Positions 17,645 through 26,646 of a DNA stretch of 26,975 nt are shown in pieces. Position 1 is the stretch's first letter. The number at the start of each line of letters is the position of its first letter. Origin of the DNA: Candidatus Thorarchaeota archaeon (GTDB taxonomy: Archaea; Asgardarchaeota; Thorarchaeia; Thorarchaeales; Thorarchaeaceae); assembly GCA_003345595.1 (NCBI GenBank), contig PRDI01000085.1, forward strand, positions 1 through 26,975, in the 5' to 3' direction. A program made the translations under genes and the position numbers. The notes beneath the pieces were generated by a model. The model was not told where the DNA came from. It made no database searches and was given only the letters and a program-made list of their open reading frames with translations.

Positions 17645-18649
17645 CTAGAGCTTCAGTCCGTGACGATAACAGGCAGACTCCAGCAGACGTCGCATCAATT
17701 CATCATAGGAGTATCCAGCCTTCATCGCCATGAAGGGGAAGAACGAGAAGTCTCTGTTATCCATGTCGAAGTCCATACCAGGCAGGGGATTAATCTCCAA
17801 GAAGTAGGTCTCGCCCTTGTCGTTCATACGATAGTCAATCCTTGCGAAATCTGGAGCATCTAGATAGCGGCAGATATCAGTGGATGTGCGTTCAAGACGC
17901 TTCTTCAGATCAGAGGGTATCTTGGCTGGGATAACATAGTGATCGAGACCATCGTAGATGGTCTTGGCTCTCTGCCCAAAGACGGTCCCGACTTGTGGAG
18001 GCAGCTTGGAGAAGTCAATCTCGAGAATGGGAAGCACTTCGGACTCTGGTCCAGGTCTTCCTAACACTCCAACACTGAACTCACGTCCCTGAATGAACTG
18101 TTCGATCAGTATTGGTTCTTTGTATTCATCTATCATCTTCTTTAGTTTGGCACGCAGATGAGTGATGTCATGGACAACATTGTCCTCATTGATACCCATA
18201 GAGGAACCTTCCTCATTGGGCTTCAGAATGACTGGATACTGGAAGACAATCTTGTTGGCCTCTTGGACGCTGCTGCAAACGTGGAACTCAGCGGTCTTCA
18301 CTCCGTGATATGCGAGGACCTTCTTGGTCCATGCCTTGTTCAGACAGACTGCTGTCGACAAGACCCCGGCGCCGACATACGGAATGCCCAGCATCTCAAG
18401 AATGGCAGGCACATGTGATTCGCGGCTTTCACCTCGCAGACCCTCAGCCCTATTGAACGCCAAATCCGGCTTGACGCGCTTCAGGCTCTCCACTATGTTC
18501 TCATCAGCCTCAATGAACACATACTCGTGTCCTGTGGCTTCTATCCCATGCTTAATCAGTTCAATCGTGTGAGGAGGATCATATTCTACCTCGAACTCAC
18601 TTGTATCATGCCTTGTATTGAGGATTAGCGATATCCGCAAAGATTCCAC
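17645..18649 (-). CDS. D-alanine--D-alanine ligase-like ATP-grasp enzyme (non-canonical)
   Basis: FNRAEG...RESHVPAILEMLGIPYVGAG, KPNEEGSSMGI, EQFIQGREFSVG, ARIDYR and LEINPLPG. GTG 18649 is chosen from the TATA spacing; the ORF-track alternative is TTG 18664. Confidence 0.88.
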   Translation of the reverse strand: MESLRISLILNTRHDTSEFEVEYDPPHTIELIKHGIEATGHEYVFIEADENIVESLKRVKPDLAFNRAEGLRGESRESHVPAILEMLGIPYVGAGVLSTAVCLNKAWTKKVLAYHGVKTAEFHVCSSVQEANKIVFQYPVILKPNEEGSSMGINEDNVVHDITHLRAKLKKMIDEYKEPILIEQFIQGREFSVGVLGRPGPESEVLPILEIDFSKLPPQVGTVFGQRAKTIYDGLDHYVIPAKIPSDLKKRLERTSTDICRYLDAPDFARIDYRMNDKGETYFLEINPLPGMDFDMDNRDFSFFPFMAMKAGYSYDELMRRLLESACYRHGLKL

Positions 18650-18672
18650 CAACCCTCGAGTCAAATGACGAC

Positions 18673-18678
18673 TTATAA
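18673..18678 (-). promoter_or_regulatory. Archaeal TATA box (TTATAA) for the ATP-grasp gene, probably a leaderless transcript
   Basis: TTATAA lies 23 nt upstream of in-frame GTG 18649. Confidence 0.55.
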
Positions 18679-18709
18679 CTCTAACAGCCCATTATCGCGA
18701 GGCGTTGCC

Positions 18710-20080
18710 CTAGAGCTCGAACGTCGACAATTCCTCTTTGTATATTGAGAGCACCTTGTCCCTCAGTTCCTTTGGCAATGAGATTGGATTGTACAACGAA
18801 CAGAAGGTCTTGAACAGCTCATCTTCCCTGTCCTTTGCTTCCTGATAGAACTCGCTCTCTTTGAACTCATCAATAAGAGCACCCTGCGCGCCCTTCTTGG
18901 CGGCTGCGTAGAAAGCAAATAGCTGTTCATCTATACTGACATCTGTGTTCGCATACGGCAAGTTGGACCTACCTCCGAAGAGGGTGAAGAATGGTTTGCT
19001 CTCAGCACGCAACATATTCTGCTTCAGACCGATGATTTCTGGATTAATACCAGAGGCCACGCACAGCAGGTACATCTTCGCGCACACAGCACAATTGTGG
19101 CACCACCAGTAGTCTTTGCCCTGTTCATTCTCTGTGAAACAGCTCATCTGGTACTTGGCCATCTCGGGGTAACGATGTGCGAGAGTACGCTGAATCATCA
19201 TATCCATCAGAGGCTCTATGAGACTCCCGGTCCTCACTATTCGACCAGAGAATGCCTGAGTTATCTGGTCGATATGTATGGTCCAAAGATGTGACTGGTC
19301 GTAGCAAGGATTCACTATCCACTTGCCGGCTGGGTCCACGTATATTGCCGCACAGCTCTGCTCATTCCCAAAGAACATGTATTTGGCGTTGTACTGGTAT
19401 GCAAAAGGCACCAGATCGAGAGCGTACTCAGTTGTCTGCAATGCCCACCCAAGCTCCGACTTGGGCAGACCAAGATGTGCGTAGTCCCGTAGCCTGCCAG
19501 TATCATGCTTCAGAATGTGCAGCTCCTTGCCAAACTCCTTCTTGAATCCTATGGCAAGCTGGGTCTTGTGTTTCTCCTCGTAGGTCATACTCTGTTCTAC
19601 TGCATAGACTGCCTCAGGATCAAGTCCTATCTCTCTTGCGACAGCAAATGTCAACAGACTGTCCTTGCCGAAGCTCAGTCCTACCAATGCTCTCCAGGGC
19701 GACTTTACAGGCTCCGGTGAGGGATAGACCACCGTTTGGTCCTGAAACCTGTATTCAATGTTGAAGAACTTGCGCACCACCTCTGCAGTGTCAGTCATAT
19801 CTACCTCCGTGCAGGACGGAATGTCCTTGAGGAAGTTCAACATGAAATACGGCTCCAGTAGAGGCCTGCCGGAATCATACGATGCAGCCGAAGACTCAAA
19901 CACCAAGGGCAGGTGCATTGTAGCAGCCATCGCAAGGTTGTCCTTGAAAGCCCGCCTGGTATCTGCCGGCATGGCCTTCCATGCCTCTTCAGGATAGGTA
20001 ATAGGATAATCCGTGCCCCTGAAGTTCACACTGATGCCGCTATCCGTCATCTTCGTGCGGAAGTTCAGCGTGGCAGTCAT
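18710..20080 (-). CDS. PP-loop (adenine nucleotide alpha-hydrolase fold) enzyme resembling MurL peptide epimerase / QueC superfamily
   Basis: LVGLSFGKDS PP-loop, FGNEQS...VNPCYDQS, SLIEPL and MSC...WCHNCAVC Zn-type cluster. The start is uncertain (ATG 20080, ATG 20089, or GTG 20164 overlapping the upstream stop). Confidence 0.72.
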   Translation of the reverse strand: MTATLNFRTKMTDSGISVNFRGTDYPITYPEEAWKAMPADTRRAFKDNLAMAATMHLPLVFESSAASYDSGRPLLEPYFMLNFLKDIPSCTEVDMTDTAEVVRKFFNIEYRFQDQTVVYPSPEPVKSPWRALVGLSFGKDSLLTFAVAREIGLDPEAVYAVEQSMTYEEKHKTQLAIGFKKEFGKELHILKHDTGRLRDYAHLGLPKSELGWALQTTEYALDLVPFAYQYNAKYMFFGNEQSCAAIYVDPAGKWIVNPCYDQSHLWTIHIDQITQAFSGRIVRTGSLIEPLMDMMIQRTLAHRYPEMAKYQMSCFTENEQGKDYWWCHNCAVCAKMYLLCVASGINPEIIGLKQNMLRAESKPFFTLFGGRSNLPYANTDVSIDEQLFAFYAAAKKGAQGALIDEFKESEFYQEAKDREDELFKTFCSLYNPISLPKELRDKVLSIYKEELSTFEL

Positions 20081-20160
20081 TCCCATCATGCGACGTACAG
20101 GTCGCATTGAGAATCCCTTTCGCAACGTTACACCGGGTTTGGAGATTGGCTGCATTGAGT

Positions 20161-23100
20161 TCACCCTGTTGAAGTCAGATTCCTGATCAACACAATGTCA
20201 TCAACGTTGTCAGTCACGACGAAGTATGATTTCACTGAAGCTTTGCCATCAGGTTCAATGTCGCGCAGAGCAGAGAGTCTAACCCACTGAGCATTCTCAT
20301 TCATGTTGCTAAGACCGATGATGTCATCCGTCTTACAGTCTGATATGACACCCAACACAAGGCCGCTGTCAGGTTCTTTGAATGCGGCCCATCCCTCTTG
20401 GGGAGTGGGTATGATCTCAGCTCTGTTCACTGTCGGCTCGTAAATCACATTCCTGTTATTAACCGCTGTGTAGATGATGCTCTGTGGACGACCATTGAGT
20501 CGTGGCACTCCTTGAAGCCCGAGAGTCAGTCGCTTCCATTGTCTGCTCCCATTATTCGCCTCAATCTCTGAGCTGATTACAGGTGTGCCTTTCAAGAGCA
20601 TGTGTCGTAGGGTGAAATTCATACCCTTTAGGCCGGAACAATGCTCGATTCTGGTCTTCATCTCAAAGCCAACCCAAGGGCCGTCCTCCCTCAGGGATAC
20701 TGACCATCTCTCAAGCTGCAGGCCCGTTTGCCAGTCCCATACACCCAAAGCTTGAATGATAGGGTTCACGCCTGTGAAATGGCGGTCTACCCACATAAAA
20801 GGGTCTGCACGTGGAAAGGTATCTTGAAACAGGCTGAGTCCTCCATCTGATCCGAATCTCACCAGACTCGCTAGATACTCCGGAGAAACTGAAATCATGA
20901 AATGACCTGATTTCACTTCATGAAGAGTCATCCCACCTATTGTGGTTTCGTTGGTGGTGGTAGAACTCTGCGAATCATAGATGATCGCTGAGAGTGGAAC
21001 CCGTCGGACTCTGTTCTCGAATCTGAGCAGGACTTCACCGCCCTTCCTCAGCCACTTGTCACCCTTACCAACTGTGACCCTTACAGGCACCACAAATGGA
21101 GAGTCAATGGTCAGTCCGTCTATGCTGAAGCTGAGCTTCCTCCTTCTATTTGCCAAGAGACCCTGAGGCATTGTAATGGTGAGGTGTGCCGATACGGGAT
21201 CCTCATTGAGGACTCGAACACGTATCTCCATGTCATTTGGCAGAGATTGGTCAATGAGCATCGGTGCCTCCGCTTTCACCGGGGACCTGAAAGAGCGGGG
21301 AGCGATCTCAATCTCAAGGTCGGACCTCAGGCCGTGGAGCTCCATAACTGGCTCGGGTTTTTCATCAAGCCTTGCCCAGAGTGAACGTACCTCGTTCCAG
21401 TCGCCTTGACTGATTACTACGCGAAGCAGGACCTTTTCGATGGACTCGCCGACATCCAAGTCCGGGAGCCGGTATTCCACCCGAATCGGCCTTAGTCCTC
21501 TCATCGGAGAAACCTCGGCAAGATGCTCGCGCTCCCATACGTAGCCGACTAGCATCCTGCCATCAGGGCCGTCCAAAGCCGCCCATGACTCGTGGAAAGA
21601 CTTGGGATCATTTGGCAGCTGTCTGTCGCCTGTCCATTCGACTGAGTCGAGACTGTAGATGCTGCCCCGTATGGGAACGCGCAAGTTTGTGGAACTTAGC
21701 TCCATCCAGCCGCCAGTCTGGATTCCCAGATTCGTCAGCTTGCTCGAACCTTTGTTGGTCAGCTTGGTCATGATCTCCAAGTACCCTCTGCTTGGATAGG
21801 CTCGATATGTGTGGTTTAGAGTCAGGCCCGGCCGCTCTGTTGAGTCACCGACTAATTCAATCTGAGCGTGGGTGCCTTCATTTCTGAGCAGGACTTGGAA
21901 CTTCTTCCGAGACCATTCGTTGCCACCAGATGGGAACGGGTAGCCAATAGTGGACAACAGGAAGTCGTAGCCTCCTCTGAAGAACTCGTGCGAAACTTTG
22001 TTCTCGAGAGAGGCGAAACGCATCGGAGGCGCCTTGAGCAGCACACCCCTGAATGCCTCGGTTTCAATGACGAAGTGACCATCAATTGCCTCGTAGGCAA
22101 GTGCTCCTGACTCTCCAATCACAGGTACGTTCAATGTTTTCTCGTTGACGAGCGATGTCACAGACTTCTCGTCTATGAAGACCGACAGATGAACGGGAAT
22201 TATGCTGTTGGCATCCTTTGAGCCCGTTGCGAGTTCGAAGCCAACATTGGTTCTCTCCCCCGGAGTAAGCCCGAAACCAAACGTTTGAGATGCAGGACCT
22301 TTCGCTTCAGGAAGATCAATGATCAAGTTGCCATCAATGGGTCTACCTAGATTGCTCTGTAAGACGATTTCCATCTTCGCGGAGGCGCCCGGAGGCAGGC
22401 AGGGATAGGGCGGACTTGAGAGGAGCGAAATCACTTCATGAGGAATGAGACCGCTGAACAGGCTGACAGTACCGTTTCCCAATGTCAGATCCCACTCAGC
22501 CTGAGTCTTCACCTTCATGGCAGGTTCCAGCTCCCTGTCAAGATGTTCCGCAGTGTTCTCGATACTATAAGACGCTCCTACAACCAGTTCTCCTCCATGT
22601 GCTATGACTGACGGAATATTCTCGTCAAGCTTCACTGACAGGTCTTGTCCGGGAGCCACAATCACTCTGACAGACAAATCGCGGGGAGCATCATTCAGTA
22701 TTGTGAGCCGAACTGGAACCGCGTCGAATCCAATGTATCCTATTCGTATTTCGGGCTCAACATGGGCGGATAGCGTGTGACCATCCATAATCAGCTTGAA
22801 TCCCGAAATGCCTTTGGCGTCTCGGTCGACCCTCACTTCGAGGCGGTCGCCATTCTCTGCCGCAAATACGTACTTGTAGACACCCAGACCATTCTCAACT
22901 AGATCGTCCGGGACTTGCCCTATTTCACGCTTGAGTGTGTCATACCAGTAATGACGTTTGAAGAACTCTGCAAACATCGGGCTGTTGAGAATACCCGGGA
23001 TGTGCGATTCCATCAGCACTCTTGTCCCTGGCACCCAGTTGTAGCCGACTCGCTTGTAGAGAGGCATGGCCTTCAGGTTGCCGGGCCATGTATGAAGATC

Positions 23101-23481
23101 CATCCTGCGTTTTCCTAGCCGGGCCGCTGTTTCAGCCGCCTCAATCAGCATTGCTTTTCCGTAACCTTGTCCCTGGAATCTCGGATTGACCCCGAGTGTT
23201 CCAACATAGGCGGCCTCTGGGTCCATCTCGGCATTAGTCACATTGCAGTGACCAACTATCTTGTCACCAGAGTAGGCCACAAGTACCCTGAGGTCTCTCC
23301 TCTTCTTCTTCTCTTCCAAGACCGTGTGTGCAGTATAGGGGTCCCCATGTGTGAATCCACCGGGCCAGCTGTCTGACTCGTCGAAAGAGTTGAAGCACTC
23401 CGCAAGACGCGCTGCGTCCTCCATGGTGAACTGGAAGTCTCGAACCTTGTTGTTCAGCTGTCTACTACTCACTGTGATCAT
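20161..23481 (-). CDS. Large (1106 aa) GNAT acetyltransferase fusion with ~950-aa beta-rich C-terminal region
   Basis: N-terminal LGVNPRFQGQGYGKAML and TWPGNLKAMPLYKRVGY motifs. The remainder has Ig-like and beta-sandwich strand patterns, with no signal peptide or TM. Confidence 0.85.
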   Translation of the reverse strand: MITVSSRQLNNKVRDFQFTMEDAARLAECFNSFDESDSWPGGFTHGDPYTAHTVLEEKKKRRDLRVLVAYSGDKIVGHCNVTNAEMDPEAAYVGTLGVNPRFQGQGYGKAMLIEAAETAARLGKRRMDLHTWPGNLKAMPLYKRVGYNWVPGTRVLMESHIPGILNSPMFAEFFKRHYWYDTLKREIGQVPDDLVENGLGVYKYVFAAENGDRLEVRVDRDAKGISGFKLIMDGHTLSAHVEPEIRIGYIGFDAVPVRLTILNDAPRDLSVRVIVAPGQDLSVKLDENIPSVIAHGGELVVGASYSIENTAEHLDRELEPAMKVKTQAEWDLTLGNGTVSLFSGLIPHEVISLLSSPPYPCLPPGASAKMEIVLQSNLGRPIDGNLIIDLPEAKGPASQTFGFGLTPGERTNVGFELATGSKDANSIIPVHLSVFIDEKSVTSLVNEKTLNVPVIGESGALAYEAIDGHFVIETEAFRGVLLKAPPMRFASLENKVSHEFFRGGYDFLLSTIGYPFPSGGNEWSRKKFQVLLRNEGTHAQIELVGDSTERPGLTLNHTYRAYPSRGYLEIMTKLTNKGSSKLTNLGIQTGGWMELSSTNLRVPIRGSIYSLDSVEWTGDRQLPNDPKSFHESWAALDGPDGRMLVGYVWEREHLAEVSPMRGLRPIRVEYRLPDLDVGESIEKVLLRVVISQGDWNEVRSLWARLDEKPEPVMELHGLRSDLEIEIAPRSFRSPVKAEAPMLIDQSLPNDMEIRVRVLNEDPVSAHLTITMPQGLLANRRRKLSFSIDGLTIDSPFVVPVRVTVGKGDKWLRKGGEVLLRFENRVRRVPLSAIIYDSQSSTTTNETTIGGMTLHEVKSGHFMISVSPEYLASLVRFGSDGGLSLFQDTFPRADPFMWVDRHFTGVNPIIQALGVWDWQTGLQLERWSVSLREDGPWVGFEMKTRIEHCSGLKGMNFTLRHMLLKGTPVISSEIEANNGSRQWKRLTLGLQGVPRLNGRPQSIIYTAVNNRNVIYEPTVNRAEIIPTPQEGWAAFKEPDSGLVLGVISDCKTDDIIGLSNMNENAQWVRLSALRDIEPDGKASVKSYFVVTDNVDDIVLIRNLTSTG

Positions 23482-23520
23482 GCCCCACAGAAGAAGCTGG
23501 TCTATGCCTTCGCATCTGCA

Positions 23521-23526
23521 ATAAAA
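23521..23526 (-). promoter_or_regulatory. Possible TATA box (TTTTAT) for the giant GNAT gene
   Basis: The most AT-rich tract near the start, 39 nt upstream of ATG 23481. Confidence 0.35.
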
Positions 23527-23805
23527 GGATGTCTGACTTAGGTTCAGGATTAGGACAGGTTCGGACTTTTCGCAGTGAGGACTTGAATATCTTCTAGCTG
23601 GACTGACCTCAGAAGCGACACAGAAGACCTAGACTCATGAAGTAGGTGCCCGTACAGCTTCATGGTTCACGTAAGCACCTGTGTTGAACTCCATCGAACT
23701 GAAATGACACTTCATGAATCACGGGGTCATTAGTGAGAAGCCTCACATGACAAGCACGACTAACAATGTTCAAGTGTCAAAAACGAGTATAGATGCAATA
23801 TCGGT

Positions 23806-25176
23806 ATGTCTGACTCACGCCACCTCTTGGATGTCGCAATGGAGGAAGCTGATTCCGGAGCCTACGACTCAGCGTTGGCCAAGCTGAGCGAGATCGTATT
23901 GTCCGAGCCTGATAGCTCCGAGATTCACATTCTGGCTCTGTCGTATATGGGGGAAGCATACAGAGAGAAGGGCTTGTACGAGCAGTCAAGGAAAGCCTTA
24001 GAGAAAGCTGAAAGGCTCGGTATTGAATATGGATTCAAGATTGCGACTGCAAAAGCAATACGACTCCTAGGCAACACACTACTTGACATGGGCCTGATGG
24101 CACAAGGAGAGGAGCGATATCAGAGGGCGTTGACCATCTTCGAAGAGGCTGGAGACCTCTTGGGCGTCGCGAGGTGCCTGAACAATCTTGGCGTGGTCAG
24201 AGCAGACCGTGGTGACCTTCCAAGTGCGCTGGAACTCTACGAGCGATCACTGAAAATCCACACGGAACTCAATGACAGCTTCGGCGTCGGAGCCTGTCTA
24301 AACAACATAGGCGAGATACACAGACTCCGGGGGGACTATACTCAGGCAGAGGAACTCTATCGTAGGTCACTGCAGGGCGATAGAAAGAGAGGCGACAAGT
24401 ACGGTCAGGCCATCTGCTGGGGCAATCTGGGTGCAGTCGCTCTGGCGCGAAAGGACTTCAAGAGGGCCGAAGCCAGGACCCAGCGCGCAGTGGACATCTT
24501 GGACGAACTGGACACGCGTGACCTTGCGTACGTTGAGATGAGGGGACTCATGGTTGGACTCATGTCAGCTACGGGCCGCTTCGACCAAGCGCATGTCCAC
24601 TTGGACGAGATCTGGTCTGCTGCGCAGGCGCTGAACTCAGACAATGCGGACATGATATGCGAATTCTACAGCGGGGTCTTGGCGCAACGACAGTGGAACC
24701 TCTCTTTTGCCAGAACACACTTCAATAACTGTCTTGAACTTGCCAAGAGAGGGAGTACTTTCGAGTATGTGCTCTTCTCTCTTATTCAACTCGTAGAACT
24801 CGAACTGCATCATTACAGACTGACCCTTGAGGACGCATATCTGAAAGCAATGAAAGAGGACTTGGACCAAGCGCTGGAGCTGGCGCAACAATACAAGCTC
24901 TATGGTGCGCTCGTAGAGCTTCTCATCCTGCAGGGTCTCTTCAACGTTGAGAATCAGGAGCTCGCAAGAGGCTTCGACGACCTCGTAGCTGCCAAGAAAC
25001 TATGCGAGGAGAAAGGCTTTGTTGCACGGAAAATGAGTGTCGACCAGCAGATAGACAAGATTCGTGCACGAATGGACTCACCGCAAGAACACGCACCTGA
25101 AACCGTCGAACAGAAGATGAGGCGGTTCCAAGACTACATCGAGGACTGCGAGAGAATCGTACTTGCCTCTAGGTGA
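23806..25176 (+). CDS. Tetratricopeptide repeat protein (40-aa TPR_12-type repeats)
   Basis: Units such as VARCLNNLGVVRADRGDLPSALELYERSL and VGACLNNIGEIHRLRGDYTQAEELYRRSL. Confidence 0.92.
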   Translation: MSDSRHLLDVAMEEADSGAYDSALAKLSEIVLSEPDSSEIHILALSYMGEAYREKGLYEQSRKALEKAERLGIEYGFKIATAKAIRLLGNTLLDMGLMAQGEERYQRALTIFEEAGDLLGVARCLNNLGVVRADRGDLPSALELYERSLKIHTELNDSFGVGACLNNIGEIHRLRGDYTQAEELYRRSLQGDRKRGDKYGQAICWGNLGAVALARKDFKRAEARTQRAVDILDELDTRDLAYVEMRGLMVGLMSATGRFDQAHVHLDEIWSAAQALNSDNADMICEFYSGVLAQRQWNLSFARTHFNNCLELAKRGSTFEYVLFSLIQLVELELHHYRLTLEDAYLKAMKEDLDQALELAQQYKLYGALVELLILQGLFNVENQELARGFDDLVAAKKLCEEKGFVARKMSVDQQIDKIRARMDSPQEHAPETVEQKMRRFQDYIEDCERIVLASR

Positions 25177-25577
25177 ACGAAACGAAATCAGAGACCTCTC
25201 TGCATAGTCATGCGACAAAAGGGCTCTTACGTGCTCATAGCTCAATTAATGAACCCCTATAGTAGCACTCAATGCATTTTGGTCAGATTCGAGTGATGCC
25301 AAGAATCTCACTGACCTTCAACGATTCCTCTGCCTGTCTCTTCAGAAACCGAGGCCAATTCGAGAAGACTCGTCAAGAGCGGGCTAGCTGAGGGCCTGGG
25401 AGCCATGGGTATCTGTCAGAAACCCTGGCCATAAGGATTGGCCGCTCGTATTGCACTCCGGTTCCACTCAAACGAAGACGGAGGTTCCCCGCTTTGAGAA
25501 CTAGGCCATCATCCAGAACGCTTTTCTGTGACAGCTTCTAACCAGTCGAGCAGCAATAATGAACGGATGGTGCCCCG

Positions 25578-26000
25578 ATGAGCCAAAAGAAGATAGACTT
25601 CTTTTCAGAAGCGTGGCTTCTCAAGTTCCAAGAGATACTGAACAAAAGCGCGGTCTATAAGGATGCAGCTAAGGATTGGGAAGGGGATTTCGTCTTCCAA
25701 ATCGACGCGGATGGCAAGACCATCAAGCAGCCCCTGCGCGGCTATATCGATCTCTGGCATGGTGAGTGCAGGAAGGTAAGAATGGCGAAACCAGATGAGC
25801 AGGCGGCCTTTGTCTACTCTGGAACGCTGGCGAACTGGAGGCTGCTTCTCGCAGGGCAGATAGACCCCATCAAGGGATTGATGCAACGCAAGTTCGCACT
25901 GAAGGGTGACATGGGCAAGGTCATGAGGTATACAAAGGCCGCAGCCGAGCTTGTGGCCACTGCGACCAAGATTCCAACGAAGTTCCCAGACGAGAAGTAA
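25578..26000 (+). CDS. SCP2 sterol/lipid-binding domain protein
   Basis: FFSEAW...YKDAAKDWEGDF...DLWHGECR...W..LL.GQIDPIKGLMQRKFALKGDMGKVMRY matches the SCP2 C-terminal signature. GGATGGTG upstream is SD-like. Confidence 0.9.
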   Translation: MSQKKIDFFSEAWLLKFQEILNKSAVYKDAAKDWEGDFVFQIDADGKTIKQPLRGYIDLWHGECRKVRMAKPDEQAAFVYSGTLANWRLLLAGQIDPIKGLMQRKFALKGDMGKVMRYTKAAAELVATATKIPTKFPDEK

Positions 26001-26092
26001 GGCCCTCACCTATTCGTGCGGCTCAGACTTACACAATTGTAGTTCCAGGCCCTTTAACAGAACCCCCGGGACGGACTTGACGCAGAGGAGAG

Positions 26093-26302
26093 ATGCTCAC
26101 ACTCCTCCTGTTACCCGTTGTTTCCTGGCCGCTTGGCACCGAAGAGATGATGTTCATCTCAGTGGTCGCCGTTCTTGTCCTGAATCTGCGCGCGAGAGCA
26201 GGTTTCTTAACCAACTTCGGCCGTGCTGACAGTAACGTATATGCAACACGAAGTGTTGTGCTTCTCTTTGGAGGAAAACTGCTGGGGGTTCTGTATCAAT
26301 GA
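26093..26302 (+). CDS. Possible small hydrophobic protein (doubtful)
   Basis: 69-aa hydrophobic ORF with GAGGAG just upstream. Its stop overlaps the next ATG (ATGA). Confidence 0.22.
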   Translation: MLTLLLLPVVSWPLGTEEMMFISVVAVLVLNLRARAGFLTNFGRADSNVYATRSVVLLFGGKLLGVLYQ

Positions 26303-26499
26303 AAACCACACGCATCTGTTACTATCTCAAAATCGTTGTTTCAGTTGAGCTACTGCTGACTCTAGTAGCGTGGACGCAAATCAGCAACTTGCACCCCCTC
26401 TGGATGCAGCTTCTAGCGTTTCCCTACCTCCCCATCTTAGACCTCATTACGATTGTCGTCTGGCTGGCGTGCAGGAAACTTCGAGATCGATCCACTTAG
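26299..26499 (+). CDS. Putative small two-TM membrane protein
   Basis: 66 aa with a basic N-terminus, two hydrophobic segments and a basic C-terminus (RKLRDR), consistent with the positive-inside rule. Confidence 0.4.
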   Translation: MKTTRICYYLKIVVSVELLLTLVAWTQISNLHPLWMQLLAFPYLPILDLITIVVWLACRKLRDRST

Positions 26500-26616
26500 G
26501 GCAGGACTTGAACCGAGCATGGATTCTGGAAATTCCTAGAAGTACACAATGAGGCAGAAGTCCTGACTGGATTGATAGTGGTCTGTTTCTTGACTCTTAT
26601 CGTTCATGTGTCAGAC

Positions 26617-26622
26617 TTAAAT
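26617..26622 (+). promoter_or_regulatory. Archaeal TATA box (TTAAAT), probably a leaderless transcript
   Basis: 24 nt upstream of ATG 26647. Confidence 0.5.
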
Positions 26623-26646
26623 GGGGGCATCGGAGTCGATTAGGCC

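Noticed and set aside
17645-18649. Gene symbol ddl and an inference of peptidoglycan synthesis
   Set aside because: D-Ala-binding motifs are absent and there are no mur genes in the window.
25605-26009. 134-aa antisense ORF over SCP2 (likewise 26617-26907 over the NMO gene)
   Set aside because: The opposite strands carry clearly recognisable family proteins.
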